The notes under the pieces: model-generated | What the model was told of the DNA's origin: nothing | Database searches by the model: none | Seen by the model: the letters and a program-made list of their open reading frames with translations, nothing else | In this document: piece by piece, positions 1 through 9,378 of the stretch | How positions within the stretch are numbered: the stretch's first letter is position 1 | How the letters are laid out: each line of letters begins with the position of its first letter | Origin: Candidatus Hermodarchaeota archaeon | Lineage (GTDB): Archaea; Asgardarchaeota; Heimdallarchaeia; Hodarchaeales; Hodarchaeaceae | Length of the DNA: 32,000 nt | Direction: 5' to 3' | NCBI GenBank assembly: GCA_048886185.1 | Contig: JBHLKY010000001.1 | Span: 150,001-182,000, forward strand | Program-made: the position numbers and the translations under genes

Positions 1-723
1 CACTTCCACTGGTTCTCGCTGCTCAAAGTGGATCATTTGCCCCATTTGCATTGTTAAGACCATATCTGCTATTTTAGCGATTTGTTGGTTGTGGGTTGCA
101 AGAATAAATGTTTTTTTGGTTTGTTTGTTCAGTTCTTTCATCAACTTAAGAACAGAGATTCCAGCACGATAATCAAGATTACCAGTGGGTTCATCAGCTA
201 CAACAATTGGTGGATCTTTAGCCAGAGCTCGTGCGATGGCAACCCGTTGTTGTTCCCCCCCACTTAATTGTGAGGGAAAATGATTAGCTCGTTCTTTTAG
301 TCCAACTTTGTCTAACCATATCAAAGCTTTTTCGTGAATATTCTTTTTCTTAAAAGTTCTAGCCCCATTTGTGGTTGGTACCCCAACCAAATCCAAAGCA
401 AATTCAATGTTTTCTGAAGCAGTAAGAGTTGGTAATAGATTGAAAAATTGAAAAATAAATCCTATTTTTTGTCGACGAAATTGGGCTCTCTGTTTTCGAT
501 TAAGAAAGGTGATGTCGACCCCTTCAATATGAATTCTACCTGAAGTAGGAAAGTCAATAGCTGAAACTAAGTTTAAAAGGGTTGTTTTTCCAGAACCAGA
601 TGGCCCAAGTAAAACTACAAACAATCCAGGTTCAATGTCAAGTGTTATTCCATGTAGGGCGTTGACCGTCACCTCACCCATTTTGTAGTTTTTTGTTACC
701 TCTTGAAGAGAAATTTGAGTCAA
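1..723 (-). CDS. ABC transporter ATP-binding protein, LolD/MacB-like (3' end runs off the window)
   Basis: Not in the ORF track. Manual translation from TTG at 723 (in-frame TAA two codons upstream): [25 protein letters not shown]..., Walker [11 protein letters not shown]-loop GFIFQFFNL, signature [15 protein letters not shown], Walker B/D-loop [12 protein letters not shown]-loop ATHN. Confidence 0.93.
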   Translation of the reverse strand, partial: MTQISLQEVTKNYKMGEVTVNALHGITLDIEPGLFVVLLGPSGSGKTTLLNLVSAIDFPTSGRIHIEGVDITFLNRKQRAQFRRQKIGFIFQFFNLLPTLTASENIEFALDLVGVPTTNGARTFKKKNIHEKALIWLDKVGLKERANHFPSQLSGGEQQRVAIARALAKDPPIVVADEPTGNLDYRAGISVLKLMKELNKQTKKTFILATHNQQIAKIADMVLTMQMGQMIHFEQREPVEV

Positions 724-821
724 ATATTACAAATCCTAAATTCATTGAAGCTTGTAAGACCGAATTATTACTAAGATATTTAAAAACTATACTATTCTCA
801 TCCTCGTCCGAGGTGAGATAC

Positions 822-992
822 TTGTTAAAAATTAAATCATTTCGATTATTAGTAAATGAGGAGAAGATAGTAGCAAAAAGATTTGTACAACAATTCATTG
901 GAAATTCTTTAGTTGGAATGGTAGAAAGTCTTCGTTTAAAGGATCCATCTATTCGTAAAATTGATCTTGTGATAGAATTTAATGATAGTTAA
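822..992 (+). CDS. Small 56-aa protein resembling the C-terminal domain of MobB-family proteins
   Basis: 3' part of track ORF 693..992; SD-like GAGGTGA at 810-816 precedes an in-frame TTG at 822. The pattern LLVNEEKI..RFVQQFIGNSLVGMVESL...I.KIDLVI matches the 'L.VNGK.I.LN.FVQ.II.N...GMV.SL' pattern I recall from MobB C-termini. Confidence 0.55.
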   Translation: MLKIKSFRLLVNEEKIVAKRFVQQFIGNSLVGMVESLRLKDPSIRKIDLVIEFNDS

Positions 993-1054
993 TCCCTCAT
1001 AATCATGAATAAGATCCAAATTTCTTGTACTTTTGATACATTTGTCTTATAATA

Positions 1055-1417
1055 TTATTTACATTTCTGATTTGAATTTTTTTTAACAACTATTACCAAT
1101 ACAATATATAGAATTATTTTAATCCCATAAAATGGAAAAATAATAAAAATTATCCTAATTAGAATAGGATCAATATTGAAATATTCTCCTAAACCACCAC
1201 AAACACCAACTAGCTATTTATCTTCTCTGCTTCAAAAAAATTTTTTAAATTGGGATAGTCTATGAGTCCGTTGGTAAGACAATAGGGGTCTTTCGGGGAG
1301 TCTCTCACTTTTCTTCTCTATCCATTTTTGAGAACTGTGTAATTCCAACCCACAATTACTGCAGGGCATATTGACTGTATTTATCATCATTCCACATTTA
1401 TCACAATAATGTGCCAT
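1055..1417 (-). pseudogene. Zinc-ribbon + PspC-domain fusion interrupted by two in-frame stops
   Basis: Track ORF 1232..1417 (CDKC...CSNC zinc ribbon) continues in the same frame as KKFF*SREDK*LVGVCGGLGEYFNIDPILIRIIFIIFPFYGIKIILYIVLVIVV, the PspC consensus (KKLYRSRxDKxIAGVCGGLAEYFxIDP). Stops: TGA 1232-1234, TAG 1214-1216; final TAA 1055-1057. Confidence 0.75.
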
Positions 1418-1625
1418 GTTTAAGATTTCCTTAATACATATAGATGACAGAATATGGTTATTTTTAATCTATGGCTAATATTTATACCTTTACTTCCCCT
1501 TGGTCATTTTAGCGAGCTAATAGTATTCCTCTAGTAAATCTCAAAAGTAATTAGTTTAAATTCTTATTATGACAAGTAAAAAACTAGAATTATCTGTTTA
1601 TTTCCAAAAGGAGTTAAATTAGGGG

Positions 1626-3134
1626 ATGAAATCCTCATTCAATAATAAAATGGATCTCAATGATGAAACCAAGGCATTTTTTAACTTTATTACGCATCCA
1701 ACTAAATTAGAATCATTAATCATGTTAGAACAGCTTATTAAAGACACTAAGGATGAAAATCTAAGATGTTTCTGGAAAATACTTTCAGATAAAAATCTAG
1801 AATGTTTTAGACTTACATGTAAAGAAAATAATACATCTAAGGAAGTATATTATATTGATCTTGAAACTCCGATATTATTTTATCCTGTATTCCAGAATCA
1901 CATCTCTTTAAATATTGCCTCGAATTTTTTTTCTCTAGCGAGTAAAATTAAGTCAAATTTATTGAATTTCTATAGTCAAGAAGTCGAAAGTTCTTTTATT
2001 TTAATAAAAAAAGGTACAACTGAAAAATTGGTTGATTCTTATACTTTTAAAGTAGAAGATCAGGATATCAAATTGTTACAAAGGTCTAATCTTTATAGAT
2101 CTAGGAGAAAAGAAATATCCCAAAAGAATTTAGACAATTTTCTTAAGAATAACGAGTCTATGTTAAATAATAGATTAAAAAAAGACGAAGGGGTTTATGC
2201 TTCGCTTGGAGATCATTTGTTATTTAAATCAGATAGTTTAAATCTTCAAAATGGCAAAAAGCGCTTTCCTGTTGGTCAACGAAACCCCAAAAATCGCTTG
2301 AATCTGTTAACGGGGAGAGAATGGATAAAATTTTCTAAAACATGGTTTATTCATCGTCCTCCATCACGAAAAGATGAAGAATTTTTACATCCTGCTAAAT
2401 TCCCTGAGACACTTATTAGAAAGTTTATCACCTTTTTTACAAAACCAGGTGAATTAGTGCTAGATCCATTTCTTGGTACTGGAAGCGCGCTCATCGCTGC
2501 TAAACAGAGCAACAGGAGTGGAGTGGGAATTGAACTCTCTCCTACTTACGCTAAAATTTCTAAAAACCGTTTAAAAGGAATAAATTCTCTATTATATCCC
2601 CCTTTATACCAAACTGATGAATCATGCTTTTGGAAGGTTATTTGTGGAGATTCTAGGAATTTAAATGACTACTGGGAGGATTTTAATTTACCAACTGTTG
2701 ATTTTTGTATCACGAGCCCTCCTTATTGGAATCAGCTCCAACGAAATACTATTCGACAAAGGAAACGAAAACATGAGGGCTTAGATACACAATATAGTTA
2801 TGATGATCCAAAGGATTTAGGGAACATTGATAATTATAACAACTTCCTAAGTGAACAACAGAAAATATTTGGTAATGTTTACGAAATTCTACGACCTAAT
2901 GGATACTTAGTCATAATCACAAATCATGTTTTTACAGATGGACAGGTTTATCCCTTAGCTTATGACACAGTATCTAGTTTAATTAATGATAAAAAACATA
3001 ATTGGATACAAAAAGATGAAAAAATATGGTTACAAGATGATAAGTCCTTGGTGGCATTAGGGGTAAATTATGCTTGGGTTGGAAATAGGTGCCACCAGTA
3101 TTGTCTTATTCTAAGAAAAGAAGTATCAAACTAG
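1626..3134 (+). CDS. Amino-DNA methyltransferase (N6_N4_Mtase-like, SPPY, probably N4-cytosine) with long N-terminal extension
   Basis: HPAKFPE, motif I VLDPFLGTGS (aa ~280-286) followed by motif IV ITSPPYW (aa 364-367); the first ~220 aa are unrecognised. Confidence 0.88.
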   Translation: MKSSFNNKMDLNDETKAFFNFITHPTKLESLIMLEQLIKDTKDENLRCFWKILSDKNLECFRLTCKENNTSKEVYYIDLETPILFYPVFQNHISLNIASNFFSLASKIKSNLLNFYSQEVESSFILIKKGTTEKLVDSYTFKVEDQDIKLLQRSNLYRSRRKEISQKNLDNFLKNNESMLNNRLKKDEGVYASLGDHLLFKSDSLNLQNGKKRFPVGQRNPKNRLNLLTGREWIKFSKTWFIHRPPSRKDEEFLHPAKFPETLIRKFITFFTKPGELVLDPFLGTGSALIAAKQSNRSGVGIELSPTYAKISKNRLKGINSLLYPPLYQTDESCFWKVICGDSRNLNDYWEDFNLPTVDFCITSPPYWNQLQRNTIRQRKRKHEGLDTQYSYDDPKDLGNIDNYNNFLSEQQKIFGNVYEILRPNGYLVIITNHVFTDGQVYPLAYDTVSSLINDKKHNWIQKDEKIWLQDDKSLVALGVNYAWVGNRCHQYCLILRKEVSN

Positions 3135-3437
3135 TTTTTCCGATGCTGATAAAGATTAGCTTATCATTAAAGGATTCTTATCCTCATATCACAAATTTCG
3201 AAAGAGAAATAGTAGCATGTCTTGTCTCACAAGTTGGTGTCATAATGGTTGGGAACATGCATTGATTTTAAGGAAGAAGGATTTGATAAGGCATCAAGAC
3301 TTGTTTTAAGTATGATGGAGGCAATTGGTGAAAGCGAACAGGCAGATAGATTTTCTTTATTCGATCCTATTGAAGAGTTATTTTAGTTAAAGGTTAGTTA
3401 ATGTATTTTTAGAAGAGATTCTTAGCAGATTAACTCC

Positions 3438-4031
3438 TTACAGTAGTTTTTCATAAACGATAATTGGGAAAGTACTCTCTGGAGGATGTTTTTGAGTCAA
3501 TTGAGAGAAGTTTTTCGATTCTATAATACCCATAAGGGATATTGGTGTTATTTCATAAGGTAAATCTATTGCATATTTATCAAAAAAGTCAGTAGTTAAT
3601 AGGACTTCATAAAAACGATGAATTTCCTGAAAAAGGAGTTTTTCCAGCCATAATTTTATTCCAATGTCATCACGAACCCAAATTTCTAACCGATGGATTG
3701 CATAATTTTCTGAAATCAATTTGTATGCTTTTTCAATTAATCTTGTTGCTATTTTCTTTCTACGGTATTGGGGATGTACCCCAACGACTGAGATCATACC
3801 CCCACGCTCATTATTATTAAAACAAAATTGTCCTGGTTCTTGTTCAATCTCTATATCTAAAATACCAACAATTTTTTCTTTATAAACTCCGATTAATTCA
3901 ATACTTGGAGTTTCGTATCTAGGTTTCACTTTAACTAATTCATCATAATAAATTGAATTATAATAGGCAAAATGATGACAGTTTATCCAGTCGTCTTCAT
4001 CTGAAGGATTATAGTGACGGATTTTTAGCAT
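3438..4031 (-). CDS. GNAT-family N-acetyltransferase
   Basis: Acetyl-CoA-binding motif A VGVHPQYRRKKIATRLI; IRHYNPSDE N-terminus; 197 aa. Confidence 0.88.
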   Translation of the reverse strand: MLKIRHYNPSDEDDWINCHHFAYYNSIYYDELVKVKPRYETPSIELIGVYKEKIVGILDIEIEQEPGQFCFNNNERGGMISVVGVHPQYRRKKIATRLIEKAYKLISENYAIHRLEIWVRDDIGIKLWLEKLLFQEIHRFYEVLLTTDFFDKYAIDLPYEITPISLMGIIESKNFSQLTQKHPPESTFPIIVYEKLL

Positions 4032-4082
4032 ATTTATGTCCTCTACGATCTATATGCCTCATTTTGCAATATTTTAAGTAAT

Positions 4083-6212
4083 TTATCCTTCATTCCTTTT
4101 CTTTATTGGTGTTTCAATTAGTGATAACATTTCTCTTAACAACTCAGTAATTTCATCATGAGCTCCAATAATAAACTTCATACTACCCACTAATTCGTGC
4201 CCTCCCCCTTCTATTCCTGCTTTAGGGAGCTTTTTTGAACAATTTGAAACCAATTTGGGGAAATCTAATTGTACATTTTGAGAGCGGAAAATAGCAAAAT
4301 CAGGGCCTAAGCCTATAGTTACAAGAGGAGATTCTAGATCTTTTTTTGCTAGATGATCGAAAAGAGAACCTGTTATTTTTCCTGGAGGTGGGTAATCGAA
4401 TCTACTAGCATATTTCTCGACATCTAATATTGCTAAATGAATTCCATTCACTAACTTCTCTTCTTGAACATATTCTAGAGATATTTGTAACTGATTTTCA
4501 AGATGTTTACGAGCCTCATTTGATAAAAGCCTAACATAATTAATTTGTTTCTCCTGTTTTCCCTGTAGCCCTAAAAGATCGCTTAGGAGAAGACGTCCTG
4601 GTGAGAATTTTAAAAAATAGGCTTGGTAATCAACTGCTACAGCAATATCTTCTAGAAAATTCTCTGAATAATCCTTTTCTATAGCAATTGTTAAGTATTG
4701 GTTTAATTCGTCCCCTGATACACGATCACCTTTTCCTGCGATAGCTGGGAGATGGCTTATAGTGTCAGTGATATTAGGTTCAATTTGTCTGGCTAATTCA
4801 CAACCTAACATTCCAGTACATATATTATAGTCGCCACCAACAAAATAAACATTTAGATGAGTATCAATAGTATTTTGAATAATACTTGAGGGAAAATGAT
4901 GATCAATGACTATAATTTCTATTTCATATGATTTTAGTAAATTGTATGAGAATAAACTTTCCTCACTGCTTCCTGAATCTAAAATTACAATCAAAGGTAT
5001 TTTATCACCGAATCTATCCTGATCTGATAGCGCGAAATCAAGATCTCTAATTGCATCAATGGGATCATAAAAAGGAGGTTTATTAGGCGTTCTCTTAACT
5101 AGGTGCCTTAATTTTTCCTCATCTGTATCAAATAGTTGAAACCAAAGTTCTCGACATGCTGTCTCTAATGCAATTCCTGCAACAATTCCATCACAATCAT
5201 TATGATGTCTAATTATCACGGGTTGTAATTCTAGTAATGCTCGGCGAATTCTTTTTGCTATACTAACAAATTTTTCTTGTAATAAGTCCAGTGTTTCAGA
5301 TTTTATCATAAAATCGACTTTCGGGGGTTCACTTCGCGATTCAAGTAGATTTTCCATCTTTTGAGTAAATAAATTGGCATAAGTCTCATCAACGATGAAA
5401 ATATCGGAAATCTCAATTTGTTCTGAATCTCTGTGATGTGTGTATTCTCCCATAACTTCAACGATGTCTCCAACTTTGATTTCCTCCGCAAACTCAAGAT
5501 GAAATGCTGCAGCTTCTATCACACCTGTTTCATCTAAGAGGGTAAGAATTTTCGGCCCCCGAGGAATTTGATGAATGTTCTCAATCCTTGCGTGAATTGA
5601 GAAAAAAGTCCCAACTTCACGGTCTGTATTGATTTTCTGAAAAGGAACAACGTCATGGACACGTTTCCTTAAAATTTTGGAAGTATCTCTAATAGGTACC
5701 TCCAGAAATTCTAGCTTCTCACCTTTCTTATTTTTAAGTTTAACAAATAAGGGATCCCCTTTATTTCCCTCAAACTGTTTATTTCTAATTAATCCCTCTA
5801 CTTTTGGTGTCAGTTGAACAAAAAATCCAAAATCAGTATTTTTAACCATTGTGGCAGAGTAAACTTTCTTAAATTCTACTGTAGCTGATGAAGCAGGGGG
5901 AATCAACTCAAAAATAACTGGATTTTTTTCACACATCTCACATAGCTGTATTCCAGCTGGTATATTTTTCTCACAAACAATACACTGATTTTTCTTTGTT
6001 CCTGTTCCTTTACATACAGGACAGGTCTTTTCAATCGATTTTAATATCTGACCTGATCCTGAACAATCGGAACAGGCATTCTTCTTTGATGGTTTAGAAC
6101 CTACTATAATTTTTGTTGAACCCATTCCATGACAGGTTGGGCATTTAATCTTGCGTTCACTAGAGATTTTTCCCGTTCCAGAACATTTGGGGCACTTTGA
6201 AAGTGAAGACAT
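4083..6212 (-). CDS. Archaeal RecJ-like DHH exonuclease with DnaJ-type zinc finger and S1/OB folds (COG1107-like)
   Basis: Four CxxCxGxG repeats (CPKCSGTG, CPTCHGMG, CSDCSGSG, CPVCKGTG), OB-fold segments, DHH motifs HHNDCDG, ILDSGS, IDHHF, and a C-terminal GGGH. Confidence 0.92.
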   Translation of the reverse strand: MSSLSKCPKCSGTGKISSERKIKCPTCHGMGSTKIIVGSKPSKKNACSDCSGSGQILKSIEKTCPVCKGTGTKKNQCIVCEKNIPAGIQLCEMCEKNPVIFELIPPASSATVEFKKVYSATMVKNTDFGFFVQLTPKVEGLIRNKQFEGNKGDPLFVKLKNKKGEKLEFLEVPIRDTSKILRKRVHDVVPFQKINTDREVGTFFSIHARIENIHQIPRGPKILTLLDETGVIEAAAFHLEFAEEIKVGDIVEVMGEYTHHRDSEQIEISDIFIVDETYANLFTQKMENLLESRSEPPKVDFMIKSETLDLLQEKFVSIAKRIRRALLELQPVIIRHHNDCDGIVAGIALETACRELWFQLFDTDEEKLRHLVKRTPNKPPFYDPIDAIRDLDFALSDQDRFGDKIPLIVILDSGSSEESLFSYNLLKSYEIEIIVIDHHFPSSIIQNTIDTHLNVYFVGGDYNICTGMLGCELARQIEPNITDTISHLPAIAGKGDRVSGDELNQYLTIAIEKDYSENFLEDIAVAVDYQAYFLKFSPGRLLLSDLLGLQGKQEKQINYVRLLSNEARKHLENQLQISLEYVQEEKLVNGIHLAILDVEKYASRFDYPPPGKITGSLFDHLAKKDLESPLVTIGLGPDFAIFRSQNVQLDFPKLVSNCSKKLPKAGIEGGGHELVGSMKFIIGAHDEITELLREMLSLIETPIKKRNEG

Positions 6213-6501
6213 ATCATTTCACACATTTAGAAAACTTTAATGAAATTAAATTGATTTTAAGATTCCCAGTTTCTAAGGATATAGACATTAACGACGCTAT
6301 GTCTACTCCGAATAAAATTGAACAAGGTACTTATATTTATAGACAAATTATTTTATTTCAAATGATACAATTGTTGTATTAAATATAAAAAATACAGAAA
6401 AACGGTCAAGAATACAAATAGTATTCATTTAAAACAAGTCTATTTAAGATCAACGCATATTTTAATAGTAAATTCAAATAATATTTTTAGGTGAATATGT
6501 C

Positions 6502-8118
6502 GTGAATGATGAACCCTCGATGAGGGAAGAAGTAATTATCTTTTCTGACAGCCATATCTCAAAATTTACTGGTCTTTTTAACAAAAAAGCATTTACTACT
6601 GGCGTAAAACTCATTCAAGGTCTTATAAAGGCAAATCCTAAGGCTTATCTTTTGCATCTTGGGGATATTACCGATTCAGGTACTTATGAAGATTTTGTTT
6701 TTGCTAAAAGCCTACTTGATGAAAATTTTTCCAATACAAACAATTTTTATACTTTAACTGGAAATCATGATATGCGTAACATCGGGGATAAACTTTGGGG
6801 AGACTTCTTTGGTGAACGGCAATTCCTCATTGACACTACAAAAAACGGAGGAAATATGGTTATCCTTGGTATTGATAGCTCTGAACCAGACGAAAATATA
6901 GGTAGAATAGGTGATCGAGGTCTTGAAGCAATTCATGAACTTCAAAGTTATAGTGATGACATTGTAAAAGTACTTTGTTTTCATCATCATTTATTACCAA
7001 TTCCAAACACAGGAAGGGAAAGATCAATGATCTTGGACGCAGGTGATGTCATGCAAGTCATTTGGAAAGCAGGAGTAGATGTGATTATTACAGCCCATAG
7101 GCACTATCCAAATATCTTTTCACTTTCGAATGGAATTAGGAGTTGCTTACTTGTTAATTGTGGAACTTTTAGTAGTTTTAAAACCCGTGGAAAAGCCGGA
7201 CATACTTTCGTGGAACTAAGGTTTGAAAATGAAAGATTGGATGTTAATATTTATGGGATAGAATCATATTCAAAATATAAAAAACCTGTTAAAGAAACCA
7301 TTTCTATATTGAAGGGCGAACTTAAACCTCAAACGGGCTATTTCGTTCCTGGAGACAAAATCTTAAGTAAGATTTGTCAATTCTCGGATACTCACTTCAG
7401 CCCAGGAAATCATTTTCTTTCTGAAGTTTATGATCTTGGTATTAAGATGATGATCCGTGAGGAACCAAATATACTTATTCATTGTGGAGATTTGACAAAT
7501 GATGCTTATCCTGAGGATTTTGCCGTTGCTAAAATAAAGCTAAGAGAGTTACGTGATCTTAATATCCCTTACTTAATTGTCCCAGGTTCAAGGGATTTAC
7601 AACCATTTGGCCGTGAAATGTTTCTTCAACAGGTTGGTCCTTTAGATCCTGTATACGAAGATCCAAGTATTCGTATTCTAGGAATTAATACTGGACCTGA
7701 TGCCTCAGGTCACGTTGGACGTAGTCGATTGAAGATGATTGAGTATGAGTATAAGACTTATGGTTCATATAAATTCTTTTTTGTTGTTATGCACCATAGC
7801 GTACTACCAGTCCCACGTGCTCGTTTTAAGCGAGCAGTTACAGACGCAGGTGACGTAATAGATTTTGTTACTTGTCATAAAGTACCTCTTGTTTTATCAG
7901 GACTTGATCATTATGCTACAACAATGCAAGTGAACGAAACGGTATTTGTAAACGCTGGGACATTCTCGAGCAAGAAAATTCGCTCTAAAAGAATGAACAC
8001 CTTTAATGTTATTACTATTTATGAAAGTGGAGTAATACATGTTGAAGAAATTGAAATTCATAGTAGTACTCGTCATCTTTTAGGATTATATAGAGTGCCC
8101 ATTACCTCATCGAGATAA
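6502..8118 (+). CDS. Tandem two-domain calcineurin-like metallophosphoesterase
   Basis: Domain 1: SDSH, GDITD, GNHD, HHH, AHRH. Domain 2: SDTH, GDLTN, GSRD, HH, GLDH. GTG start. Confidence 0.9.
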   Translation: MNDEPSMREEVIIFSDSHISKFTGLFNKKAFTTGVKLIQGLIKANPKAYLLHLGDITDSGTYEDFVFAKSLLDENFSNTNNFYTLTGNHDMRNIGDKLWGDFFGERQFLIDTTKNGGNMVILGIDSSEPDENIGRIGDRGLEAIHELQSYSDDIVKVLCFHHHLLPIPNTGRERSMILDAGDVMQVIWKAGVDVIITAHRHYPNIFSLSNGIRSCLLVNCGTFSSFKTRGKAGHTFVELRFENERLDVNIYGIESYSKYKKPVKETISILKGELKPQTGYFVPGDKILSKICQFSDTHFSPGNHFLSEVYDLGIKMMIREEPNILIHCGDLTNDAYPEDFAVAKIKLRELRDLNIPYLIVPGSRDLQPFGREMFLQQVGPLDPVYEDPSIRILGINTGPDASGHVGRSRLKMIEYEYKTYGSYKFFFVVMHHSVLPVPRARFKRAVTDAGDVIDFVTCHKVPLVLSGLDHYATTMQVNETVFVNAGTFSSKKIRSKRMNTFNVITIYESGVIHVEEIEIHSSTRHLLGLYRVPITSSR

Positions 8119-8145
8119 TCTAATCTTAATATTCTTATTAAAGTT

Positions 8146-8619
8146 GTGAGATCATTGAATCAAAGTTATATTAGTAAAGAAGGATGGATATCTAAATTAG
8201 ACGCTCTAAGGGGTTCTACAGAGAGGATTTTAAACCTCAGCCCTGATTGGAGGGCTTCAAATGGTTGGGATCTGAAAGATTTAATGATTCATCTTACTGC
8301 ATGGGATGAGGAATACTTAAGCATTTTAAGAAGTCAGATACATAAAGAATCCTATATTCCAAGGTTTTGCCGATTTTCTGACTATAAGAAAGAAGAGCAA
8401 ATGAAATTCGTTAATCGTTGGAATAATCAAATATTGAATGATAAGAGGCATTTGTCCTTTGAAAAAATTCGTAAATATTTTATTAAAACCCGTCAAAGAG
8501 TGTTCAGGGAATTTGGAGGGATATGGTCTGATGATAGGGGACTTTCAAACGATTTTGCTCTCCAAATTAGTGATCTTTCCGCCCATGACGCTGAACATAT
8601 CGCTAAAGGTATAAAATAA
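8146..8619 (+). CDS. DinB/DfsB-superfamily four-helix-bundle protein
   Basis: GWDLKDLMIHLTAWDEE near the N-terminus and a C-terminal HDAEH, typical metal-binding histidines. Confidence 0.7.
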   Translation: MRSLNQSYISKEGWISKLDALRGSTERILNLSPDWRASNGWDLKDLMIHLTAWDEEYLSILRSQIHKESYIPRFCRFSDYKKEEQMKFVNRWNNQILNDKRHLSFEKIRKYFIKTRQRVFREFGGIWSDDRGLSNDFALQISDLSAHDAEHIAKGIK

Positions 8620-8701
8620 GGGATTAAGAAGACATCTATTAAGGCTACAAGGTGTAGATAGAGATTAACATTAAGAAGCCAAACAGATCTTTCTATAGAT
8701 T

Positions 8702-9325
8702 TTATTCTTCTATATAATTGTGAGATGGAGGGAAGATTAACACCAATTCAGCCTGTAAAAGCTTTTTTTGAACCTTAGATTGAAACCGATGACTTTCTAG
8801 AACCTTAATTAACTGGATAAGATCTGTTGTTTCTATAAGAATCTGGAAGATTGGTTTATTATCGGCAATTTTGATTTCGATACGACCAAAACTGTCAATT
8901 TTTCCTCCAATCTTTTTTCTTTGCCATCGGTCGAGTTTCAAATAGTGGATATCGTTGTATCTGCTTTTTTCCACCTTATAGATTGATTTCATTCTTGATT
9001 GAAATAATGAAAAAATTGATCCGATCCCATATGCTACTGCATATTTATTTATCTGAACGAACCTGTAATGTTTTGGGACAAGCCATGGAATTATGAACAA
9101 CCATGTAAAAGGGACTATTAAAAATGAACTCCATTGAACAAACAAAAAAGCAAAAAATCCAAAGAGTACTGTAAAAATGAGGCTATTTCTTAGGAATCCA
9201 GAAGTATTTCTAAGATAGCAGCGATAGATAACAGTTTTATCGGAGGAAGGAAAAAACTCACCTGGGGTGAGCGCTTGATCTTTACCTATAGCCAAAACAA
9301 AAACCCTGTACCATTTTTCAAGCAT
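8702..9325 (-). CDS. Hypothetical membrane protein (about 2 TM helices plus a soluble beta-rich C-terminal region)
   Basis: 207-aa ORF filling the gap between neighbours; hydrophobic stretch LIFTVLFGFFAFLFVQWSSFLIVPFTWLFIIPWLV. Confidence 0.7.
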   Translation of the reverse strand: MLEKWYRVFVLAIGKDQALTPGEFFPSSDKTVIYRCYLRNTSGFLRNSLIFTVLFGFFAFLFVQWSSFLIVPFTWLFIIPWLVPKHYRFVQINKYAVAYGIGSIFSLFQSRMKSIYKVEKSRYNDIHYLKLDRWQRKKIGGKIDSFGRIEIKIADNKPIFQILIETTDLIQLIKVLESHRFQSKVQKKLLQAELVLIFPPSHNYIEE

Positions 9326-9378
9326 AATTCTATTATGAGCTCATCATCAAGAGTCACTTTTTCAAATTATTTTAGTGA

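Noticed and set aside
82-898. Track ORFs 82..267 (+), 674..898 (-) and the 693 start of 693..992
   Set aside because: They overlap or shadow the ABC ATPase at 1..723; the SD-supported start of the real small ORF is 822.
1214-1234. Alternative genetic code, Sec or Pyl recoding as the cause of the PspC stops
   Set aside because: TGA and TAG terminate ordinary genes here (e.g. 18857, 20967, 23645; 3134), and the positions correspond to Arg and a variable residue rather than catalytic Cys or Lys.
3143-3386. Two short + strand frames (40 aa from ATG 3143; WLGTCIDF...IEELF ending 3386) as a frameshifted gene
   Set aside because: No recognisable family and no clear slippage site; cannot be distinguished from chance.
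5306-6990. Track ORFs 5306..5497, 6197..6382 and 6754..6990
   Set aside because: Alternative-frame or antisense to well-supported genes, or AT-rich intergenic with no motif or SD.
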